Part shown: piece after piece, positions 51,148 through 59,323 of the stretch | Numbering within the stretch: the stretch's first letter is position 1 | How the letters are laid out: every line of letters begins with the position of its first letter | Origin: an uncultured delta proteobacterium | GTDB taxonomy: Bacteria; Myxococcota; Myxococcia; Myxococcales; Anaeromyxobacteraceae | NCBI GenBank assembly: GCA_963828255.1 | Contig: CAWHDZ010000014.1 | Span: 1 to 59,323 of the forward strand | DNA length: 59,323 bases | Direction: 5' to 3' | The notes under the pieces: model-generated | Told to the model about the DNA's origin: nothing | Database searches by the model: none | The model's input: the letters and a program-made list of their open reading frames with translations, nothing else | Made by a program: the position numbers and the translations under genes

Positions 51148-51396
51148 ATGCGAAAGGACGCCGTCTACCGGATGCGGGTGCCCAGGAAGACCCTCGCCGC
51201 CATCAAGCGGGTGGCGGCCGCCAACGGCGAGGACGCCTCGGAGTGGGGCCGGGCGATCATCGAGACCGAATTGCGCCGAGACCTGGCCGCGATCCAGCTG
51301 CGCGACCAGCTGCGCGCGACCGGGCCCGGAAGCCTCACCGAGAACGAGGCCGTGGACGTCGTCAACGAGGCGAGGCGGGCCACGAGGGCCCGGTGA
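51148..51396 (+). CDS. Putative ribbon-helix-helix antitoxin, copy 2
   Basis: 82 aa; YRMRV strand followed by helices (DASEWGRAII) and an LTENEAVDVV tail; GTGA overlap with the PIN gene. Confidence 0.78.
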   Translation: MRKDAVYRMRVPRKTLAAIKRVAAANGEDASEWGRAIIETELRRDLAAIQLRDQLRATGPGSLTENEAVDVVNEARRATRAR

Positions 51397-51821
51397 TCCG
51401 GGCCGTCCTGGACTGCAACGTCGTCGTCACCGCCGCCCTGAGCGCGGGCAAGTGCGCCGACCTCCTGTCACGGGTGCGTCGGCGCGACGGTTTCGAACTG
51501 GTCTGGTCCGCCCCCATCGTCGCCGAATGCCTCCGCGTCATCGAGTACCCGAAACTGGCCGCGAAGTTCAGGACCGACCCTCGGCTCCTCGTCGAGCGGG
51601 CCATGTCGAGCGCGCACATGGTCGCAACGGACCTCCTTCCGGCAGTCGACGTGGTGAAGGCCGATCCGTTGGACAACGTCTACCTGGCGACAGCGCTGGC
51701 TGGCGGGGCCCGGCGGGTCGTCAGCGGCAACACCCGCCACCTCACGCCGCTCGACGGCTACGCCGGCCTCCGGATCGTGGGCCTGGCGGTCTTTCTGGCC
51801 GAGCTCGACGCACAAGCCTGA
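51393..51821 (+). CDS. PIN domain toxin (PIN_3/TIGR00305-like), copy 2
   Basis: RAVLDCNVVVTA, AECL, DPLDNVYLATALAGGA and VVSGNTRHL motifs. Confidence 0.9.
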   Translation: MIRAVLDCNVVVTAALSAGKCADLLSRVRRRDGFELVWSAPIVAECLRVIEYPKLAAKFRTDPRLLVERAMSSAHMVATDLLPAVDVVKADPLDNVYLATALAGGARRVVSGNTRHLTPLDGYAGLRIVGLAVFLAELDAQA

Positions 51822-51859
51822 GCGACCCGGGCGTCGCGCCCGGACGCAGACTGCTCGGC

Positions 51860-51976
51860 TGGCCCGCTCTGGACTCGTGTGCTCCGGACGTACGCCGCCA
51901 GGTCGGCCTCTAGGATTCGCATCGAATGGGTCGAGACTCCAATGAACGTGAGCTTCCTGCCCTCGCAGAGTATCAT
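51860..51976 (-). pseudogene. Possible remnant of an excisionase-like (HTH_17) DNA-binding domain
   Basis: LCEGRKLTFIGVSTHSMRILEADLAAYVRS resembles the C-terminal half of Xis-like domains. Confidence 0.4.
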
Positions 51977-52084
51977 CCTCCGTTTGCGCAAGCCGAACTC
52001 GGCCCACGCCATCGTGACGAATCACTCGCGCCTCAATCTCTTTCTTGGACTTTGAAATGTCGCACCTCTGACGAGGAACTGACG

Positions 52085-53263
52085 ATGCTCAAAGAACTCC
52101 TGGTTGGCGGCAGGCGCCGCAGTCTCATGCAATCGTTGCTCGTCGCCGCGATTGCGCTGACCGGTGTCGGCACGGCGCAAGCCCAGGTCGGCGCTCCTGC
52201 AACCCTGGCCAAGATCCGCACGCTCTACACCGGCGACGTGATCAACGGCAAGAAGGTGGTGAGCTCGCTGAGCACCGATGACCTGGAGCCTGGCAGAAAA
52301 CACCTGCTCTACTTCCAGGGTGTGCAGATGTCCACGGGACAGCACTGGTACGTGTCGGTGATCGTGGCCAAGGGAGCCAAGCCTGGCAAGCGCATCACCC
52401 TGACCAGCGGTGTGCACGGTGATGAGATGAGTTCGGTGCACACCGTGCAGACCGTCATGACTCAATTGAAGCCGGCCGAAATGTCGGGCACGGTCATGGC
52501 GGTGCTCGACATTGCGCGCCCTGCCATGGAGAGCATGCAGCGCCGCTGGCCGAGTTCCGGGCGCGGCCTGGAGTTGACCGACATGAACCGCGAATGGCCG
52601 GGCAACGAAAACGGCCTTGGTGCCGTCAGCCGCCAAGCCGGGCTGGTGTTCAACCGGCTGCTCAAGCCCAATACGGACTTGGCCATCGACTTCCATACCG
52701 GGACCAGCGGCCTGGACGTAGCCGCCTTTCACATCGGTGACATGCGCATCCCGGACGTGAAGACCATGATGATGCTCTACCCAGTTCCGGCGATCTGGGA
52801 CAACCCGGCCTACCCTGGTGTGCTCCACAACGCCTACATCGATGCGGGCATCCCCTCTTTCACGCCCGAGGTGGGCGTGGCGCGGCGGCTGGATCTCGAC
52901 ATGATTCCGATCTTCGTCGAAGGCACGATGAACGTGTTCAAGCACTACGGCGTGGTTCCCGGAGCGATCGGACGCACCGCCGTCGATGCCAACGTCTATG
53001 TCGGGAAGAATGCGATTCCCGTGCTGACCACCCACGGTGGATTCATCGAATTGTTGGTCAAGCTGAATGCCAAGGTCACGTCGGGACAGAAGGTGGCCAT
53101 CCAGCGCTGCGCTTTCGGCGAAGTGGTGGCGGAATACACCAGCCCGGTCGACGGCCTTGTCGGTGGCCTGCGCAGTGACGCCACGTCGGAACCCGGCAAC
53201 GTGCTGCTCTTCATCCTGGCCGACGCTGCGCCGGTGTCCGGCGCGGCCTCTTACCCGGAATAG
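52085..53263 (+). CDS. Secreted succinylglutamate desuccinylase/aspartoacylase (M14) family protein
   Basis: Signal peptide; SGVHGDE, DMNREWPG, AIDFHTG and FTPEVG motifs; C-terminal lipoyl-like domain; RBS GAGGAA. Confidence 0.88.
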   Translation: MLKELLVGGRRRSLMQSLLVAAIALTGVGTAQAQVGAPATLAKIRTLYTGDVINGKKVVSSLSTDDLEPGRKHLLYFQGVQMSTGQHWYVSVIVAKGAKPGKRITLTSGVHGDEMSSVHTVQTVMTQLKPAEMSGTVMAVLDIARPAMESMQRRWPSSGRGLELTDMNREWPGNENGLGAVSRQAGLVFNRLLKPNTDLAIDFHTGTSGLDVAAFHIGDMRIPDVKTMMMLYPVPAIWDNPAYPGVLHNAYIDAGIPSFTPEVGVARRLDLDMIPIFVEGTMNVFKHYGVVPGAIGRTAVDANVYVGKNAIPVLTTHGGFIELLVKLNAKVTSGQKVAIQRCAFGEVVAEYTSPVDGLVGGLRSDATSEPGNVLLFILADAAPVSGAASYPE

Positions 53264-53288
53264 CTCGCGGCACCCCAGGGGGAACTCC

Positions 53289-53891
53289 GTGGAACGGACC
53301 AGGCTCGGTCGGACGGCATGGGTGAGGCGAACGGTCCTCGTGGCGGCCGTGCTGCTGCCCATGGAACCGCTCGCGCAGGTCGTGGTCACGCGGTCGATCC
53401 CCACGACACAGGCCTTCACCACGGCGGCCGTCAACCTGCGCGCAGGGCCCGACCGGAGCTTCCCGCTCGTCTCCTGGCTGCAGGGTGGCACGCCCGTCAC
53501 GGTCTTCGGGTGCTTGAACGGCTGGCACTGGTGCGACGTCGCCTTCGGATTCAACCGCGGGTGGGTCTACGGGCGATTCCTGGCGATCCCGTTCAATGGC
53601 CAGCAGGTCCTGATCATGAACTCCGGCCCACGCTTCGGGGTCCCGATGGTCAGCTTCTCGGTCGGGCCCTACTGGGGAGCGCACTACCGCGGCCGCCCCT
53701 GGTACCACCAGCCGCCGCCGCGCGGATGGGGCCCGCCGCCGCCGCGGCCGCCCCCTCCCAGGCCTCCGTCGGCGTCGGCGCCTCCGCCCCCGCGGCCGCC
53801 CTCCCGGCCGCCGTCCGGAAGCCAGCCGCCACCGCCGGCCCGTCCTCCCTCGGGTCAGCCGCCGCCTCCGCCGGGCAACAGTCGCAGGTAG
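53289..53891 (+). CDS. SH3-domain (YraI-like) exported protein with proline-rich tail
   Basis: VNLRAGPDRSFP..GCLNGWHWCDV..RGWV, YWGAHYRGRPWY, then PPPRPP repeats; start codon uncertain. Confidence 0.8.
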   Translation: MERTRLGRTAWVRRTVLVAAVLLPMEPLAQVVVTRSIPTTQAFTTAAVNLRAGPDRSFPLVSWLQGGTPVTVFGCLNGWHWCDVAFGFNRGWVYGRFLAIPFNGQQVLIMNSGPRFGVPMVSFSVGPYWGAHYRGRPWYHQPPPRGWGPPPPRPPPPRPPSASAPPPPRPPSRPPSGSQPPPPARPPSGQPPPPPGNSRR

Positions 53892-54080
53892 GCCGGACCG
53901 CTCGGGGTCACAGAGCGTCAAGGTCGCCGAGGATCTCCGACGCGCGGTCCCGGATCGCCCGGCGTTCCGCGGGATCGAGCCGGGCGAAGTTCTTCGCCAT
54001 CAGAGCGGGGCGCGGCGAGGCGGCGAGGGCCTCCTCGCCGGCCGACCGGACTGGCGGCATGCGGTCCGTATCGCCTTCGC

Positions 54081-54491
54081 TCACGGCAGGAGGCGGGATT
54101 GATTCCCGGCAAGGGTGCAGGACGCCACGCCCAGTGAAGCCCGCCGCCGGCTGACCGCGTCGTAGGCCGCGTCTGCGACGAACCGGGGCACCCGCTCCAT
54201 CACGGCGCCCAGGAACCCCCATGCCCCGCCGAGCGCACGCAGGGCCCGTGCAACCGCACGGGAGCGCGCGTGGACGGCAGTTCCGCCTGGGGTGGTCTCC
54301 AGGAACAACACCGTCGCGAACCCGCTGCCGCCGGGTGGAGCGCCCAGGGCCGCGCCTCGGAAGGGCTCCGCGAACTCTCCCTGGAGCGGTGCGAACCAGA
54401 TCCGAGCGCGCCGGTCGCGCGCGTGAAGCCAGGCCACGGCCCAGCTGCACAGGCCGCACTCCCCGTCGAAGCAGAGAATGAACGGCCTCAC
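54081..54491 (-). CDS. DCC1-like thiol-disulfide oxidoreductase (DUF393)
   Basis: [19 protein letters not shown] and AYDAVSRRR motifs; GTGA overlap with the upstream gene. Confidence 0.88.
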   Translation of the reverse strand: MRPFILCFDGECGLCSWAVAWLHARDRRARIWFAPLQGEFAEPFRGAALGAPPGGSGFATVLFLETTPGGTAVHARSRAVARALRALGGAWGFLGAVMERVPRFVADAAYDAVSRRRASLGVASCTLAGNQSRLLP

Positions 54492-55966
54492 GGCGTGCCC
54501 AACCGGAACGGCGTGTACGGGGGCGCGGTCCCGACCATCTCGAAGCGCTGGTTCAGGAGTCCGAGACGGTTGGTGAGGATCCCGTTCGGGATCCCCGCGG
54601 TGAGCAATGCGTCCATCGTGATCGGGTCGTTGATGGTCCAGTAGCCGGTGAAGAAGCCCTGCTGCTGGAGTGACCGCATCTCGTCCCTCATCGGGCCGAG
54701 CGTGTAGCGCGGCTTCCAGGCGACGCAGGGAATGCGGGTGACGGCGGCCGGGTCCTCCTCGGTGAGGCAGTGCTGGTTCGGCGCCAGCTGACCGGCTGCC
54801 TGCGCCTCCTCGTAGGCGGTCACGAAATCGGCGGAAGGCAGGGCGATGATGCCCCGCTCCCACACCGGCGCGCTGCCGGGGTAGAGGCACCTCTGCCCCT
54901 CCCGCAGCCCTTCCGGCGGCGGCGGGTTGCACGACACGAGCCTCTTCTGGAGGTCGCCCAGGATGGCGCTCGACGGCACGATGACGTCCGGGCTCTTGCT
55001 GTCGAGCCAGGTGGGCAGGTTCGTCCGCGTGTAGATGAACTCCAGCATGTCCGCGACACGCGGGATGACCTCGCCATTGCGTAGCCTGCAGTTCGCGAGC
55101 AGCTCGGCGTAGTTGTAGTCCTCGACCCTGCCGGTGCAGTAGATCCCCTGGACGGAGCCCGGGAAGAGCCCCTGGTGGATGAAGACCGGGACCTGGTCCT
55201 TGGTGAGGCGGACGTCGATCTCGAGGTAGTCGGCCCCGAGCTGGGCGGCCAGGATGGCCCCCTCGGGGGTGTTTCCGGAGATCCCGCAGTCGTCGCTGCT
55301 CGAGCATCCCCCCTGGCGGGCGCCCACGAAGAAGGTCCTCTTCCCCTCGGCGTTGAGGCGGCTCTTGCGGGCCCGCACCCAGCTCACCGTGAGTGGAGAA
55401 CCCGGGGCGCTCACCCCATTTCCGGTGGCGCCGACGAAGGCGGCGCGGGCGGCGGGCGCCGGACGCGGGTCCCCCGGCGGGCCGCTGGGATCCCAGGCCG
55501 GCGCGTTGCACACGTAGTCCACGATCTCCGGGGGCGAGACGAAGAGCCGGATGAGCCCGGTCGACGTCGGATCGGGATCTGGGTCGTCGAGGTATCGCCA
55601 GTAGCCTTCCAGGACCAGACGGGGGAGCGGCGTCGCTCCGGTGGTGTCCAGGAAACACCCCGGCTGCATGACGGCGAAGCCGGCGTGGTCCTCGGCGAGA
55701 ATGGAGACAGAAGCCTCCATGCCGGCTCCTGGATTCACGCCGCCCCACTGGCTGGCGTGCACGACCACGTTCGACCCAAAGCGGTTCGAGGTGTCGTAGA
55801 CGCCGTCGAGGGCCTTCTGGAGCGACCAAGGATTCGGAGGCGGGGTCGACCGAGCCAGGAGCCCGCCGTCGGGGAACGTGGGCGGCTGCGGACCCTGCCG
55901 CGACATGCAGGCCGCATTGCTCAGGGCCAGGGTGGCCGCCGCGAGGACTCGAAGTTCAGGGCTCAT
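54488..55966 (-). CDS. Lipoprotein with C-terminal glycerophosphodiester phosphodiesterase-like domain
   Basis: LSNAAC lipobox; NT...[37 protein letters not shown] and GILTNR motifs. Confidence 0.8.
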   Translation of the reverse strand: MSPELRVLAAATLALSNAACMSRQGPQPPTFPDGGLLARSTPPPNPWSLQKALDGVYDTSNRFGSNVVVHASQWGGVNPGAGMEASVSILAEDHAGFAVMQPGCFLDTTGATPLPRLVLEGYWRYLDDPDPDPTSTGLIRLFVSPPEIVDYVCNAPAWDPSGPPGDPRPAPAARAAFVGATGNGVSAPGSPLTVSWVRARKSRLNAEGKRTFFVGARQGGCSSSDDCGISGNTPEGAILAAQLGADYLEIDVRLTKDQVPVFIHQGLFPGSVQGIYCTGRVEDYNYAELLANCRLRNGEVIPRVADMLEFIYTRTNLPTWLDSKSPDVIVPSSAILGDLQKRLVSCNPPPPEGLREGQRCLYPGSAPVWERGIIALPSADFVTAYEEAQAAGQLAPNQHCLTEEDPAAVTRIPCVAWKPRYTLGPMRDEMRSLQQQGFFTGYWTINDPITMDALLTAGIPNGILTNRLGLLNQRFEMVGTAPPYTPFRLGTP

Positions 55967-55969
55967 GGG

Positions 55970-57905
55970 TCAGTTCTTCCAGTCCTCCGGGGAACCGCCG
56001 AAGTACTTGCGCGCATCGAGCCTCAGTCGAAGGTAGACGAACCAGCTCGCCCCGAGCCCATCGTAGGGCGCGTTGTTCTGCTGGGGAAGCCAGGCCCTGG
56101 GGGCGAGCTGGACGGTGAAACCCAGCTGCACCTGCGCCGCCAGCGCGAGCGTCGTGGCGAAGGCGCGCGGTGGCTCGTACTCGAAGACGGGGAAGTCGAG
56201 CTCGAGCTGCCGGAAGTCCACGAGCAGCGGCTCACCGCCCTCGGGTGTGGCCACGAACTGGTTCGGGTCCCCGAGCCCCCACAGCGTGAACCCGATCTCC
56301 CGCCCGGCCATGAACTGGAAGGTCCCGAGCGAGGTCGCGATGGGGCGCTGCAGCGTCCAGAGGCCGCCGCCGGTGGCCCTGAAGACCACGTCCTGCGCCG
56401 CCTCCTTCGAGACGAGGAACATCGCCGGGCCGAGCACGATGAGGTCGAACGGAATGACGTAGTACGGCATGCGGAAGGTGAGCTTCAGGGCGGAGCGGGC
56501 CGGGACCCGCGGAAGCGCCTGGTTGCTGCGAGCCCCGCCCGGGCAGCCCGGGCAGGATGCGTCGAGTTGCACCGGATCGGCGACGAGGGACGCCTGAGCC
56601 CAGAGCTGGCCGTCCATGTTGGTCGTGAGCACGCCCTGGAGCCCGTAGCCGAAGCGGGCGCCGACCTCGAGCTCGCTCCGGAAGCGCCAGCCCGCGCTGG
56701 TGTCGAACCCGCCCCAGGCCGGGCCGGCGCCGATGCCGGCGACGACGCCTCCGAAGAAGCCGATGTCCGCCCGGGCGCGCGGGGGGTGGATGTCGTCCAC
56801 GTCCCCGGCCGGGATGGGCGACGCCTGGAGCGTCACCAGCGCGGCCGAGTATGCGACCGGGTCGGGCGCCATCGCCGGCAGGCTCTGCACCCTGCAGAAG
56901 TCGAGATCCTCGAATCTCGCGCTCCGCCTTGGTGGAAGGTGCGGCGGAGACCGCGACCGCCCCGCTGGCGGCCCCGGCCAGTTGCGACAGGCTGCGGCCG
57001 ACGACGGCGCCAGCCACCGCCCGGTCGTGGTCGGTCATGTGGGCGTCCCCGTGCCCCGCGAAGAGGTCCCCGCCCCAGGTCTTGGAGGTGAGCCCCTGGA
57101 CGCAGTAGAGGTCGTGGGTTCCCTTCTGCCAGGCGGAGTCGCCCCAGGTGGCGGCGTAGTGGCCAGCGGAGAATGAATCCTCCAGGAAGTGGAGGGCGAT
57201 GCCCTCCGCGAGCAACGCCCGCCGAGCCAGGTCGGGCCGGGCCGCCTCGGGAGCCACGCGCCACTGCGCCGCGAGCCGGAGCGCGATGGCGTGGTACTGC
57301 ACGTAGACGGCGGTGGCGCTGATGGCCGCGTCCGGGGCGAGCACGCGCTTCACGTAGACCTCGAGCGTCTCCTCCGCCGCCACGGGCTCCCGGGGCGCGA
57401 GGAAGTGGGCGTTGTTGGAGGAGGCGCGGGAGAGGTACCTCGGATCGACGAACTGCATGGCGAGGTGGGACTTGTTCCAGGCGTCGATCCGGGCTGCCCG
57501 GTTCGGCGCCTCGGCGAACCTCTGCTTCGACCACTCGGCGACCCAGGTCACGCTCCGGCCCCACTCCTCGTGCTCGGTCACGGCCCGCAGCTCCGCCGAG
57601 GAGCAGGAGTGGTCGCCGCCCATGGCCGGATAGGACGGGAAGTCGAGGCAGATGCCGCTCCAGTCTCCGAAGGCGCTCTGCGGCGCAGCCCCCGGGTTCA
57701 CGAGCGTGGGGCAGAGCTGCGGTCCGGCCTCCTTCTTCAGGCTGGCCCAGAGCGCCTCGAGCTGGGCTTGCTCGGCGGGCGGCATCCCCTGGATGGCGGT
57801 CACCGCGATGTCCCGGTGCTCACACCACATCCAGGCGCGGGCTGGAGCCGCCCAGAGCACTCCAGTCACGACGATTAATGACGCAATGCGGCGAACCTCG
57901 CTCAA
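55970..57905 (-). CDS. Secreted Zn-dependent phospholipase C/S1-P1 nuclease-like protein with beta-rich C-terminal domain, frameshifted near 56913
   Basis: Signal peptide followed by mature W1-x4-H6 (WMWCEH), LHFLEDSFSAGH and THD. One extra base separates it from the 55970..56890 frame. Confidence 0.65.
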
Positions 57906-58058
57906 TCGAGCCTCCCTCGTGGAGCGTGCTTCTTAAGGGAAGCGGCCGAGTTCGCCACCACCGGGCTGAAAGCGCTTTCTTTCGGGGAGCCACCCCGTGG
58001 TGCGCTTGCAGCCGTCGACCCTGCGGGTTACGTCGCAGCGACTTCAAAAGGGGATCCA

Positions 58059-59323
58059 ATGAACCGCCTCGCGCTCGCCGCCACCATTGTTCTGCTCGCC
58101 GCCCCGTCCGCTTCCCGGGCGGCCGGGTTTTACCTGTACGAGATCGGCACGCCGAGCGTGGGGCTCGCCTCCGCCGGGTACACGACCCGCGCCGGCGACG
58201 CCGAGACACTCTTCACGAACCCGGCCGGGATGTCCCTTCTCGAGAAGCACGAACTCCTCGTGGGCGCCCAGTTGCTCTACGGAAACTTCACCTTCGCGCC
58301 GGGACCGGGCACGACCCCCTCCGGCGGCAACGGAGGGAACGCGGTGGGCGTCCTCCCCGGAGGCAGCCTCTTCTTCGTGGCCGACGTCGCGCCAAAGGTC
58401 CGCGTCGGCCTCGGCGTCGCCCAGTACTTCGGCTCGGCCCTGGACTACGACCCCGGCTGGGTGGGGCGCTACTACGGCCAGAAGGGGCTGCTCCTCGGGG
58501 TGAGCTTCCTCCCGACCGCCTCGTACAAGATCAACGACTGGATCTCGGTGGGCGGGGGCCTGAATCTGATGTGGGGCATCAAGCGCGCCACCATCGCGGT
58601 GAACAACGTCCTGCCCAGCCTCGCGGACGGACAGGTGGAGACCAGCGCCGATACCTTCGGCATCGGGGGCAACATCGGAGTCCTCGTCGAGCCGGTGAAG
58701 GGAACACGCGTGGGGTTCACCTGGCTCTCGCAGGTCCACCTGCCCTTCTCGTCGACGCCCTCCTTCACGGGCCTCGGGCCGGGCCTCGAGCTGGCCCTGC
58801 GCCAGACGGGGCTGCTCGGCGCGAGCATCGACCTGGGCATGACGCTTCCGAACCGGCTCATGCTGGGAGTGCGCCAGGAGATCGGGCCCGAGTGGGCGGT
58901 GATGGCGGATCTCGGATGGGAGAGCTGGTCCCAGTACGGCGAGGTGGAGGTGAGCGTCAACACTGCGAACCCGACCAGCCTGACCACCGCGATCCCCTAC
59001 AAGAACACCTGGCACGTCGCGGCCGGAGCCCAGTGGAAGGCCATTCCCCAGTGGACCTTCTCCGGTGGGTTCGCCTTCGATAGCTCGATCATGAACGACG
59101 CCGACCGCACCGTGTTCACCCCCGTTGGCGCCGCGTGGCGGTTCTCCCTTGGCGCGCAGTGGCAGACCTCGGACGCCGTGCAGCTCGGGCTCGCCAACAC
59201 CTTCATCGTGGGTGGGAACCTGCCGCTCTCCCAGAACCGCGGCCCGCTCGCCGGGACGCTGGAGGGGCAGTACTCCGGCACCGTCATGAACATGCTCGCC
59301 TTCAACGTGCGCTGGCTCCTCTG
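58059..59323 (+). CDS. FadL/OmpP1/TodX family outer membrane transporter (stop codon cut by window end)
   Basis: MNRLALAATIVLLAAPSASRA-AGFYLYEIG...LASAG...LFTNPAGM, YKINDWISVGGG, WESWS and YKNTW. The window ends in CTC TG. Absent from the ORF track. Confidence 0.9.
   Translation, partial: MNRLALAATIVLLAAPSASRAAGFYLYEIGTPSVGLASAGYTTRAGDAETLFTNPAGMSLLEKHELLVGAQLLYGNFTFAPGPGTTPSGGNGGNAVGVLPGGSLFFVADVAPKVRVGLGVAQYFGSALDYDPGWVGRYYGQKGLLLGVSFLPTASYKINDWISVGGGLNLMWGIKRATIAVNNVLPSLADGQVETSADTFGIGGNIGVLVEPVKGTRVGFTWLSQVHLPFSSTPSFTGLGPGLELALRQTGLLGASIDLGMTLPNRLMLGVRQEIGPEWAVMADLGWESWSQYGEVEVSVNTANPTSLTTAIPYKNTWHVAAGAQWKAIPQWTFSGGFAFDSSIMNDADRTVFTPVGAAWRFSLGAQWQTSDAVQLGLANTFIVGGNLPLSQNRGPLAGTLEGQYSGTVMNMLAFNVRWLL

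Noticed and set aside
53690..53885. Short CCG-rich repeats
   Set aside because: They encode a proline-rich tail, with no constant repeat-spacer structure; not CRISPR.
48998..59323. Intact prophage or ICE at tRNA-Pro
   Set aside because: No integrase, att repeat, or structural or conjugation genes are visible in the window.

Overview
Very GC-rich bacterial chromosome segment. Gene content, gene order and protein style point to an Anaeromyxobacter-like member of Myxococcota (inference). About 1-48.9 kb is mostly housekeeping: an HNH gene at the edge; xseA-xseB-RR-ispA-dxs-tlyA; sixA and a damaged otsB-like gene; hemE-hemN-hemH; lysS-lolC/E-lolD-bamA-skp-lpxD-fabZ-lpxA-lpxI-yggU; a DUF4912/GH57 pair; Ser/Thr kinase, SDR, frameshifted glnE, ilvE; a degenerate Fic protein; nfo, DHH, cysteine desulfurase; 6S RNA-ygfA-ymdB-tyrS; an ABC/MFP exporter; rlmE, ferredoxin, a ThDP enzyme, isochorismatase and alr. 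After tRNA-Pro(GGG) at 48924-48997 the content becomes accessory. It holds a multiply broken DUF1254/1214 gene, two paralogous RHH/PIN toxin-antitoxin pairs arranged head-to-head, an excisionase-like remnant, a lower-GC M14 deacylase and an SH3 protein. It ends with a divergent cassette: a secreted Zn-phospholipase C/P1-nuclease-like protein with a beta-rich C-terminal half, a degenerate GDPD lipoprotein and a DCC oxidoreductase, opposite a FadL-type channel. The best candidates for something undescribed are that cassette, the twin TA arrangement and the Fic pseudo-enzyme. All calls come from motif recognition only; no searches were run.
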